The position numbers and the translations under genes were made by a program. Below the pieces are notes generated by a model. That model had not been told where the DNA came from and searched no databases. It saw nothing but the letters and a program-made list of their open reading frames with translations. Below are positions 13,071-23,911 of a DNA stretch of 64,000 nt, in pieces. Source of the DNA: Octopus vulgaris (lineage: Eukaryota); assembly GCA_951406725.2 (NCBI GenBank), contig OX597814.1, positions 142,228,001-142,292,000 of the forward strand, given 5' to 3'. Positions within the stretch are counted from its first letter, which is position 1. Every line of letters starts with the position of its first letter.

Positions 13071-13635
13071 CAGAGCCGGATTTAGACCTAATGACTCCTG
13101 GGTCAATAGATCTTTTTCGGGGGGGCGACGATTTTGCTAATTCCAAACAAAGAGGGCTCCATTAAATGCAAGGGCCCCAAACAGTTTAGAGTGGGGCTCC
13201 ATTAAGTGTAAGAACCCCAAGCAGTTTAGAGGGGCCTCCATTAAATGTAAGGGGCCCAAACAGTTTGGGGAGGATTTTATTAAATGTAAGGGTCCCAAAC
13301 AGTTTGAAGAAGGCTTCGTTAAATGTAGAGGCCCCAAAACTTAAAAGGGTTTCGGTAGATTCAGAGGGACCCAGTTAAATTTTTCTTTTAATTTTAAAGG
13401 CCCAATATATAAAAAAAAAAAACGGCTCAATAATTTTAAAAGAACTATTCGATTAAAAATGTTTAAACAAGTAAAAGAAATGAAAATGTATCAATTTAAT
13501 TCCTGTAAATATAGATTTTAAACTCCAAGCTTCAGGCTTCTCTGAGTTAAAGATGCCCCCAATGCTTAGCTTCCCCGCAAGCTTAGGTGACTCTGTGTCG
13601 TGGTCCCTTTTGGCTTACACATATATCCGGCCTTG
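13071..13635. mobile_element. hAT-type non-autonomous DNA transposon with internal minisatellite
   Basis: TIRs CAGAGCCGGATTTA / TATATCCGGCCTTG; 8-bp TSD-like GTTGTATG / GTTATATC; about five 39-40 bp units at 13143-13340. Confidence 0.7.
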
Positions 13636-14169
13636 GTTATATCTTTTAAAGATACAACGGTATGATATACAAGAAATTTGACTGCTACTTCTATCAGGTC
13701 GAGCTACTACCTAAACTATGTTGGTTCATTTTACATTTTGCTTTCACAATACTTTGGCTTCATTAAATATGTAAATATCCAAATACATGTATGTATGTAA
13801 GAATATGTGTGTGTGATTAATGTATATGTGTGTGTTTGTATATGTTTATGTATAGGTGTCTGTATATATATGTCCCTGTGGTACATAACTGCTGTACGCC
13901 GAACATCTTATTTCATCGCGAAAGTTCAAACCTCAGAGGTTGACCTTTATTTCCATTCCTCTAGAGTCGAATGCACACAAATTGCGTGTATGTGAAAATG
14001 TGCACGTGAATATTAGATACGTGTGCGAGTATACACGTGTATATGAGTACGAATGTGTGTCTGTGTGTCGTTTGGTTGTGATATTTATTGACATGAATGA
14101 CAAGGAAGTATTTTTCGCAATCGTCATTTAGCCGCTATCAACATATCAATAATAAATATGCTGATATAT

Positions 14170-14520
14170 TGACATAAACTCACTCACAAACGTTTTCCAA
14201 CCTCAGGTCCACAGACATGCTGTCTCATCATTCTGCCTTTTCTACCGCTACTATAATGGTCTCTGCTCTTCAGAAGTAGCTGGGAGCATCCCACCAGCGG
14301 TCAGCATTTCCAGCCCACTCGGCTCCCCAGCTCTCAATTCCCAAGGTTTCTCACTAATTATGTATCATCATTTCAAAGCTTACTGGGCCTAATTAATTCT
14401 GATTTTTTCTTTATCGCTTAGCTAGGAAGGAGTGGTAATACCTATGATATTCTATAGCAACGGTCTCTAACCTTTCTTTTGCTGCACAGACCAGGGGAGC
14501 ATGTGCATAGTAAAACACAA
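14170..14520 (+). mobile_element. CR1-group LINE 3' remnant
   Basis: Translates as HRHAVSSFCLFYRYYNGLCSSE, similar to the HRR.V.SL.LFYRY..G.CS.E motif of CR1-group RT C-termini. Confidence 0.7.
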
Positions 14521-14562
14521 TGAAGTATATATATATATATATATATTTAATGGTTATATATA

Positions 14563-14639
14563 CAGAGTGGGCCAAAAGTCAATTAAAATACTTGTAGGTG
14601 AATAAGAATGTTTTGGTGCGTGACTTTTGGTCCACCCTA
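14563..14639. mobile_element. 77-bp Tc1/mariner MITE
   Basis: TIRs CAGAGTGGGCCAAAAGTCA / TGACTTTTGGTCCACCCTA with TA flanks. Confidence 0.75.
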
Positions 14640-15061
14640 TATAATGCATATATTGTGCAGAAATACATTGCAGACAGTGATAATCAATAAAGTAGAAATA
14701 ATTTAAAATTTTATCCTTTTTGTGCGGCGTGGTTCTAGTCCGCAGCCGGCTGGTAAAGGGCCCCTGCTCTATAAGACTTCTGAGAAGGGATGGAAGATTT
14801 CCGCAAACTGGATGTTCTTGTAACAGCAGAGTTCGCTAAACACACCCAAAATGCTAGGTGATGGTGTTAAACTGAATGACGAATAAATATACTGCTTAAA
14901 TAGGAAATATCGTGGTTTGAACTCAGAGCACTTAGACATCGTCTGACTCTCTAACGACTCTACCAGTCCACTACATTTGACTGGTATTTTATCGAGCCTG
15001 GAAGGATGAAATGCAAAGTTGATGTCATTGGGATTTGAACTCAGAATGCAAGAAACCGGTA

Positions 15062-15468
15062 CAATAATTTTTTCTACTAAAGGCTCAAGGCCTGAAATCT
15101 TTGTGGAGGAGGGGACTAGTCGATTGCATCGAGCCCAGTGTTTCATTGGTACGTAATTTATCGACCCCGAAAGGATGAAAGGCGAAGTCGACCTCGGCGG
15201 AATTTGAACTCAGAACGTAGCGGCAGACGAAATACCTATTTCTTTACTACCCACAAGAGACTAAACACAGAGAGGACAAACAAGGACAGACAAACGGATT
15301 AAGTCGATTATATCGACCCAGTGCGTAACTGGTACTTATTTAATCGACCCCGAAAGGATGAAAGGCAAAGCCGACCTCAGCGGAATTTGAACTCAGAACG
15401 TAACGGCAGACGAAATACGGCTACGCATTTCGCCCGGCGTGCTAATGTTTCTGGCAGCTCGCCGCCTT
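15062..15468 (-). mobile_element. SINE family B, dimeric, nested in an older SINE
   Basis: Reverse complement of 1351-1745; flanked by AGAAACCGGT / AGAATCCGGT. Confidence 0.85.
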
Positions 15469-16992
15469 AGAATCCGGTTTTCGGAATGCAAGATATCTTG
15501 TCCACTGCTGTGATACGATGTATATTAGTGGTGAATCGGCCAATTCGTCAGAAGTACAAATAATATCAAATATACTCTGAATATATTTCGCTGAAGAGGG
15601 CTTTAAAATCTGAAATGTCTGGAGTTGTCGACCTCTGTCTAAGATCAGACTACCCTTTACGTTCACGAGATTACCTATTTTTCATTTGAATTTATTATGT
15701 GTAGATATTTCAACTTCATTTTCTTCATTTTGATTTTCTGTTGTCTCCTTTGTCATAGTTTGGTTGCGTACAACATTGTTGACCATTGTTTACCCATCCT
15801 CGATACTGCTTATCACATTATGCGTCTTTGCACTTAGATGACCACTTTTAAACAAACGTTAAATTTGTAACACCTAGAGCGGATATACGGGTGTGACAAC
15901 TGAAGTGTCACGATTTGGGATTAATTTATTATTATATTTCATCGTAGGTCAACAACGATCGAGTTATGATAAAGATTGTAGTTAGACCATCCAGTCTTTT
16001 GTTCAAACAATGTGTATACTGTATAAGACTATATTATCGAATATATCCTACATTACAGAAACAAAAAATGAAGAGTAACGAAGGCGTGAGTTAAAGAAGA
16101 TTTAGCTGGCCTTTCCCGTAGAGTCGTTGTTGAAAAATTCGATGCAGTTAGAATTACGTACTGCATGTTCCTTCAGTCAAGTTTAGATTATATATGTGTA
16201 AGGACAATAAACGTAAAACCGAATGCAGATAGAACAAACGTTTGACAAATATGGAGTTAGTTTTTCGCTTCAATGGAAAAAGAACGACTAAACGTTTTGG
16301 ACGTTAATCTTTCGTCACAAGAGTAGAGAGAGAAAAGGAGAAGCAAAGGGAGAGTGAGAAAGAGAAATAGTGAACGTATAAAAGAAAAAGAGGGAAACGG
16401 AAAAGAATACAATATGAAGATGCACTGTTCTACAAGGAGTTAAGAAAGGAGAAAACGGTGGGTGTATTTGTGTCTTGAAGCGAGCGTAAATGTGTGTTTG
16501 TGTGTGTATGGTAACGTTATAGAAGGTGCAGTGGTTAAGTCTGGTGATGGTGGTGGAAAGTTGAAAAGGAAAGGACAAGTGGGACAAGGAGACGCATATA
16601 AAACAACCACGTGGCAATACGACTCCACACGCAGACACCGGTCGGCATGCAGCTTCTAGAGGCGGAAGCCTGAACTACAACGGCTTGTCCCACAGAGAAT
16701 GTTTCCAGTAGAATAATGTATGTATAAATATATAGCCACAAGTAGTGTAATGTAAAATGTTTATGTAGCCACCAGCAGTGTTAAATACAACGTATATATA
16801 GTCACCAAAAGAATAAAGTACTATATACATATAGTTAGCAGCATTATACAGTAACATTTAGATATGATCATCAACAGTAGACCACTTCCATTATAACGTA
16901 AAATGTGTATCGGATTACAGAATGTAATGTATATATGTATATATTGATTACAAGTCGTGTAAGTCGTATAGATTATCAACGGTAATACGTAT

Positions 16993-17373
16993 CGTGGCAC
17001 TCCGTCGGTTACGACGACAAGGGTTCCAGTTGATCCGATCAACGGAACAGCATGCTCGTGAAATTAACGTGCAAGTGGCTGAGCACTCCACAGACAAGTG
17101 TACCCTTAACGTAGTTCTCGGGGAGATTCAGCGTGACACAGAGTGTGACAAGGCTGGCCCCTTTGAAATACAGGTACAACAGAAACAGGAAGTAAGAGTG
17201 AAAGTTGTGGTGAAAGAGTACAGCAGGGTTCGCCACCACACCCTGCCAGAGCCTCGTTAAGCTTTAGGTGTTTTCGCTCAATAAACACTTACAACGCCCG
17301 GTTAGGGAATCGAAGCCGCCATCCTACGACCGCGACTCCTCTTCCCTAACCACTGGGCCATTGCGCCTCCACA
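16993..17373 (-). mobile_element. SINE family C with TSD
   Basis: Close match to 11142-11523; TSD GTAATACGTAT at 16982-16992 and 17374-17384. Confidence 0.9.
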
Positions 17374-17586
17374 GTAATACGTATATATTGTCACCAAATA
17401 ATACATACAGACAGACAGACATGCATGTCACCACTAACAATGTATTTAGTAAGACTCTCGAGGTTTTGGCTTTACATATGGATTCTATATCTCCTGTTTA
17501 TACCATCTATCCAACTACCTAACTAACGTACTCTGTAAATATGGTCACCAGTAATATAAATTCAAACCATCATTATTATAAACTAA

Positions 17587-17995
17587 GGATCTTTTCGGTT
17601 TGACCGGCAGTTTTTAAAAATATTTTCCACGTAACTAAACACTTTTAAATTTCGTATACTGGTAGAATGTGTTTATAAAACATCTTTTTCTCTTGGCTTT
17701 ATTGAGAAAATTCTATGGTTTGTAAGATATTTGTTGTTTTTTCTTCAATTTCTGCAATTTCAACCAATCAATGACGTTTATTTGAGGTGAAAACATTCTG
17801 TGCCGTATGGATATGTCCCTCGTTTAAGAAATAGATTGGGTTTATTTACATTTGTGAAGAAAAAAGATACCCTTCCCCCCACCCCTAACCCTAAAATAGA
17901 TTGAAATGCAATAGATCGATACTAGGGTCATAATTATGGGTGACAATTTCATATGACACCGCTAGAAAAAACTGCCGTTCAAACCGAAAAGATCC
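17587..17995. mobile_element. Merlin-like MITE
   Basis: 29-bp TIRs GGATCTTTTCGGTTTGACCGGCAGTTTTT with one mismatch; perfect 8-bp TSD TAAACTAA; GG..CC termini. Confidence 0.8.
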
Positions 17996-19616
17996 TAAAC
18001 TAAAAATGTACACGGTCTCTAAATGTATGAATTTCAATTCTAAATAAATATATTTGACGTGACCCACTGTATAATTTAAATCAGCAATGAAACGTTAACA
18101 AGCAGAGGTCAGAAAGAAAGAAAGAAAAAAAGTATGTTTTAAGAAGTAGGTATGTTTATCGTGTGTTCTAAGCAAATATATTATCGAAGTTAAGAAAGTG
18201 TGATGGGATTTAATGCAACTAGGTAAAATTGACACAAGGCAATACAGTGCACAAATGAAACTGTTGAGGAAATTGGCACAGCAGTAATCCAATTCATTTT
18301 AAATGAATTTAGAAGTTAAAAAATGTTATTTAATTAGTTGTTTTAGATACAGGGCAAACAATATTGACGAGGGAGGGTTTAGTGGATTACATCGAATCGA
18401 CCTCACTGCTTCACTGGTACTTCATTTTATCGACCCAGAAAGGCAAAAAAAGAACAGATTGACTTCAGTGGTAATTGAACAGAAATCGCTGCTTATTGCG
18501 ACCTAACCGTGTTAAAAATACTACGAGTTCAAACGGTTCAAGTAAAAAAACCCGAACCAAAAGAAAATAAAAAAAGACAGGTAATAAAAACAACTCACGT
18601 GTTCACAATTCCTGAGATTATAAATAAAATTTCTTTAAAATGACGTCAATTAAAAACTGGTGAGCTAACAGAATTGTCGGGGTAAAAATATTTTACGAGT
18701 ATTTCTTCCGGCTCTTTACATTCTGAGTTCAAACCCTACTGGGGTCAAATTTGCTTTTTGTCCTTTCAAGGTCGTTAAAATAAAGTACCACTCAGGCACT
18801 GGGGTCGATGTAATCGATTAGTCCCCCTCGACACAAAATCAAGCCTTGTGCCCATATAAAAAGAACTAATGGTTTAACCCCCACCCCAGGTTTATGTGAT
18901 TAAGCTGTGTTATGACGACAATCAAAGCTGTTCCATCCGAGACCAATCCGTCCTATGTACCTAAGACTACATGATTCAATGTATCTTTTACTTCTTTTCA
19001 AAAAGTAGAGTGTAATTCGAGGAAGATTTTGCTATTATTTCTAGCAGGTGAGGCAACCACTTAAATACGTCCTCCTTACTCAAGAACTGAATAAGATGGT
19101 GCTTGTTTAACCCAGGTCAGCCCGGATCGAGCAAGGCGTTCCAACCTCGACCAAGTGGTCTTTTTTTCCATCCCCACCCTTAAGGACTGTTCAACTGAAT
19201 GTATATTTCCTTTCTTTTTGAATACAGCAGTATAAGATGTAATGAGGAAGATTTGGTTGCTATTTCTAGCACACCGAGCAACTATGTTGAGGTCACCAAG
19301 ACGTCGTGTTACAACAAGGTGTGTTGTCCTTTATATTCACACGATAAAACACGTGTGAAAGTGTGCCAACTTGTTCTTTATTTTATGTAAGACAGCTGAA
19401 TTACAATATTTTCGAAGTTTATTGCTATTAACATTAAACGTGCTAAAAATAGTAGTCAAATCTCCCTCATACTATATTCCACTAGCTTAGAGAGAGAGAG
19501 AGAGAGAGAGAAGACCATATTGCATGATGTCCTGTTACTAGAAACAGCAGCCGAATAGCCCTCATATTACATCCTAATGTCCTGTTACTAGAAATAGGAA
19601 CCGAATCTTCCTTATA

Positions 19617-19806
19617 TAGGGTGGCCCAAAAGTCACAGAAGGGTTGCAATCTTTGATCATTCTTATTTTTTACCTTTTTTTTTTAGGGATTTTATGGACT
19701 AGGTCCTGGAAATTAATTATGGAAAAATATGACACCGCACAACGCACCCAAGTGGTAAAATTTTTCTAGCAAAATCAGGGGTCAATTATTCAAACCCAGA
19801 GAGCCC
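19617..19806 (+). pseudogene. 5' fragment of a Tc1/mariner transposon (TIR plus transposase N-terminus)
   Basis: TIR (T)AGGGTGGCCCAAAAGTCAC, then ATG at 19719: MEKYDTAQRTQVVKFF*QNQGSIIQTQRA, resembling the DUF4817-type HTH start of Tc1/mariner transposases. Confidence 0.65.
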
Positions 19807-19845
19807 CAAAGAGAATTACACCTCATAAAGTGTACAGAATGGTGT

Positions 19846-20084
19846 GCATATAGCGTAGTGGTTAAGAGCACGTGCTACTAACCCCAGGATTTCGAGTTCG
19901 ATTCCAGGCAATGACTTGAATAATAACAACAACAACAACATAGAAAAATACCTTAGGAATGAGAACCCAGGTTACCCGAAGCAGGCTGAAGAGTATATCA
20001 GCCGAAACGTGTTAACAAACAAGATAAGGACAAATATCCGACAAATGTAAATAATGTACATAATTCTCTCAAATATAGAACTGT
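19846..20084 (+). mobile_element. tRNA-like head fused to a Penelope pLTR with degenerate hammerhead
   Basis: A-box TAGCGTAGTGG, B-box GAGTTCGATTCC, (AAC)n linker, then a body matching 5625-5802. Confidence 0.75.
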
Positions 20085-20345
20085 GATATCAAAAGAATAT
20101 CCTTTAATACAGCGCAACTCATTAGCGTTCTTAAAGAGCAATAAGAATATAAGCAAGAATGGAAAGCAAGTTTCAAATGTTTTAATGCACGTACATTTAT
20201 GCATTATCCGCTTTCATGTTTTGTATATTTGTACTGGAATTGATAATGTATAGGAATATGCCTATGATGCGAAGTGTTTTAATTTTTTAATTTGATAAAG
20301 GCACCTGACTTTAGAAATTTGTTCTCCATTCTTGCATATATCTTA

Positions 20346-20766
20346 TCTCTCTCTATATAAACGGCAGTTTGTCTGTCTGTGTGTCTGTCAGGTTGTACCC
20401 TCACCCTGACCACGGCTTTCAACCGATTCTGATGAAACTTGACACACACATAGCCCAATGTCATAATTCAAAACTAACGCAGCGAAAATTTTTAAAGGTT
20501 CCCCCAGTTCTGAAAAAAATCGATAAATTCGACATGGGGTCGAGAATCTAAGCTTTTTATATGCACCACATTTTCTGTCTAGGGGACACAACTCGACAGC
20601 TAGGGACAGCTAGGAACATCGTATACACAGAAGTATTCGAGTGAAGAGAAGACATTGCAACCTACACATGCGCCTTCGTTCCCTAGAGGGAAAGGACTAG
20701 ATTGGGATTAGTCGTTGCCTACTAGGGGCTCTTACATACCCGGGCAACGCCGGTCTATGCTGCTAG
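20346..20766 (+). mobile_element. Non-autonomous Helitron
   Basis: A|TC start, CCCGGGCAACGCCGG hairpin, CTAG end. Confidence 0.85.
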
Positions 20767-21189
20767 TATACATATAAAGCTGAAGTTGTCTGTGTGTGTG
20801 TGGCAGGTTTGGTAGCCTGCAACTAACACTATCTCCTCCGAGACCCTGCGGCGCAAGTTGACCAAAATTAAGAGTATGACAGAAGAAGTAGAAGAAAAAA
20901 ATTCAATTCGGACCATGTTAAGACCAAAAAATATTTACATCAAAAAGGTGCTTTTTTCTATGAAAATCCCTATTTTTTTTTACGATTTTTTGACTACTGT
21001 GTCGCCATTTTCGGTGTATTTCAACCAGAAAAATATTCACTTAATGAGAATAACAAGCTACATAATGCAAACATTTACTTTTCAAAAAAGATTGAAACTA
21101 TGTCAAAACTTTGTTAACGCGACATCAAAGTCTGCCATTTTAAGTGCAACTAAAAAACAAACTCGAGCAACGCCCGGTTATACTGCTAG
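20767..21189 (+). mobile_element. Second non-autonomous Helitron, in tandem
   Basis: 5' end resembles the 3583 element (ATAAAGCTGAAGTTGT); CTCGAGCAACGCCCGG hairpin; CTAG end. Confidence 0.8.
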
Positions 21190-21234
<45 letters not shown>

Positions 21235-21289
21235 GTACTCATGAGAGACATTAATGTTAGTGGCGGCAAGCTAAAATCGCATAGGCAAA

Positions 21290-21492
21290 ATCAACAGATA
21301 CAAAGGATTTGTGCTCTGCTTCTCTTCCTGACTTTTATAACGAGAACTCTCTACTCGAATGGACCATCATACCACAAAACTTGATTTAAAAAGGATTTAG
21401 CTAATCCTATCAGGTGGTGCTATTAAGTTAGACATGGGCTGGACCAACCTTTGGATGAAACATATCCAAGTTATCTAACATATCCAAGTTAT
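21290..21492 (+). mobile_element. CR1-group LINE 3' tail, diverged
   Basis: Matches 51680-51870 (AATCCTATCAGGTGGTGCTATTAAGTTAGACATGG). Confidence 0.7.
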
Positions 21493-21705
21493 ATAATTTA
21501 AACTTGTCTGAAGGAACATGCAGTACGTAATTCTAACTACATTGAATCTTTCAGTTTCCGTCCACCAAATCCACTCACAAGGCTTTGGTCAGCCCATGGC
21601 TATAGTAAAAGACACTTGTCCAAGACGGCCGAGCAGCAGGACTGAACATGAAAATCACTGATTCGCAGCCAGTGTGCAAAAAAGGAAGGACCCCTGTCTG
21701 TTTAC

Positions 21706-21888
21706 CTGCCCGCCTCTCTCTCTCTCCCTCCCTCTCTCTCTGTCCTTCCTTTTCGGCTGATTGGCTTCGAGCGGACGAGTGAGCGAATGAGAAGAGAGAG
21801 AGATGTTTTCGGTTACAGATCTGTTCGATCTTCTCAAAATACCATCACCACCGAAATATTGGTTCTTCAAGGATCACTCGGGTTTCAT
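21706..21888 (-). other. Candidate exon ending at CAG|GTAAAC; reading frame MKPE*SLKNQ..RERERGGQ has an in-frame TGA
   Basis: Unique sequence; donor is phase 0 relative to ATG 21888; TGA at 21874-21876 interrupts the frame. Confidence 0.3.
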
Positions 21889-22679
21889 TTCAAAACAATG
21901 AAAGCTGTTAAATTAACCATCCTTCATTACAGCTAATTAACGTGAAGCTTAGCAGGGTGGAAAATTGATTTTTTGTTTCTTCTTATTCCGAAATATGAAG
22001 AAGATCCTGCAAGTGAAAGGTGTCAATTGTCTCAAGAAACCTGTATTTATTTTTTAAATGTTGTAGTTTACCTTTGTTTACGTTGTTTTATATCATGCTT
22101 ATTTTATTTATACTTATTTAGTTATTCGTCTGACGATAATAAAAAGTAACGATAAACTGCCGTCTGTAATAAATCTTGTCCATTATTCTGCTTCGCGTGT
22201 ATATTTGTTCGTGTGGGTTTAATATAAAGGAAACGAAAGACAAATAAATAAATATGAGAGAGACAGTAGGTTGGGGTTGAAAGAAAGGACGAGAAAAAGT
22301 CGGAAAGAGCGAGAGATAAAGTAAAAGCATGATAGAAAGAGGGAGCATAATATAAAGAGAATGCATGATAAAAAGAAAGAAAGCGTGTAGAAAAGAGTAA
22401 GAGCGAGAGAATGAAAAGTGAGGCAGAAGAGAGAGAAACAGATAGAGAAGGGTGAGAAACAGAGGATAAAGGCTAATGCATTATGAAAAAGGAAAACTAG
22501 TGTTGAATGTAAGAGGAGAATAGAAAAACCGGTAGGACTGGAGAAGAAATATATATAGAAAGAATGTTTTAAAAGACACTAATTTATTACTATCTGTTAT
22601 CATTAACAGAATAATGGGACGGACAATAGAGGTTTTAGTAAACGACGTGAAAGACGGTCACACGCATATATAGATATTT

Positions 22680-23052
22680 ATTTCTTTTGCTTCTTTCAGT
22701 CATTTGACTGCGGCCATGCTGGAGCACCGCCTTTAGTCGGGCAAATTGAGCCCCCAGTAGTTATTCTTTGTAAGCCTGGTACTTATTCTATCGGTTTCTT
22801 TGGCTGAACCGCTAAGTTACGGGCATGTAAACGCACCAGCATTGGTTGTCAAGCGATGTTGGGAGGGGGGACAAACATACACTATACACATATATACGAC
22901 GAGATTCTTTCAGTTTCCGTCTACCAAATCCACTCACAAGACTTTGGTCGGCCCGAGGCTATAGTAGAAGACATTTGCCCAAGGTGCCACGCAGTGGGAC
23001 TGAACCCGGAACCATGTGGTTGGTAAGCAAGCAAGCACATAGCCACTCCTGT
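22680..23052 (-). mobile_element. SINE family A
   Basis: Full-length reverse-strand match. Confidence 0.9.
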
Positions 23053-23116
23053 GTTGTATTTATTTGTTTCGTTCATTGAAAAGACACCTTGAAGGATTTA
23101 GTACCGGTTGACATAC

Positions 23117-23134
23117 GTGAACTCGTATTTCCAT
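23117..23134 (-). CDS. Candidate alternative first coding exon MEIRVH with CpG-rich 5' UTR to about 23335
   Basis: ATG GAA ATA CGA GTT CAC|GTATGT, phase 0, upstream in-frame stop, CpG-rich unique island. Confidence 0.35.
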
Positions 23135-23531
23135 CGAAACTCAGAACATGAGCTCTACTGCGAATGATGACTACGGCTTCGGTGTCCGCGCAATCCGACG
23201 CGCTTGCTCGTCATTACAGCATCGACTGCGGCCGACCGTTGGATGTGGTCAGCGTTTCGTGAGGAACGTGGTGAATTCGGTGGTCGGAGCCGGTTCGACC
23301 CACCCCCGGGTGAATGCCGCCGCAAGTACAAGTAACCAAGAAAGTACACTGGGGCAAGGTACCATGAAGTAGGTGGGCTCGAACCTGGGACTTCGTGATT
23401 GGGATGCGAGGTCCTTAATTATTCAACCAGGCTTGCTCTATATACTGCGCATGTAGACAAGAACTAGAACGATTTGTAAAAAAAAATAATAAAATAAAAC
23501 ACCTTTCTTAGAGAGGATAGTATGCTCCACC

Positions 23532-23911
23532 CACTAGCGTAGTTGGGGGGGGGGGCGATAGGGGCAGTCCTTCCGGGCGGCACTTTTGTGTCTGCTGTAG
23601 ACAATATGTGTTTTTTGTGAGGTCCAGGGGCGGCAAACGGAAGGACGCTAGTGGCTCCACTCCTCGAAATCGTAGGTCCATGCCAATTGGTCTAGCTGCT
23701 GGCTTCTGCTCTAACCTGAGTATTATTCAAACCATGGGTTGGCATAGCAAGATTGTGTGTTCTACCCGAAGAAGCCCTTTAGCTTGTTCCTACCCACAAG
23801 ATGTTATATACAGGCTTATACAGAAGCAGGCCCAAAAGTGCCGCATCCATAAAAATCGTCATCTGAGGTAGACCGCCCCCTTCACCTCTGTCTCCTCCAG
23901 CTATGTTACTG
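23532..23911. mobile_element. Degenerate hAT-like non-autonomous element; related fragment near 8206-8340
   Basis: Imperfect TIRs CACTAGCGTAGTTGG / CCAGCTATGTTACTG; weak 8-bp TSD. Confidence 0.5.

Noticed and set aside
13143-13340. CRISPR-like periodic array
   Set aside because: The units are head-to-tail diverged copies with no unique spacers, in eukaryotic DNA with no cas genes.
15442-15666. 74-aa minus-strand ORF
   Set aside because: It overlaps SINE sequence and lacks convincing splice sites or motifs.
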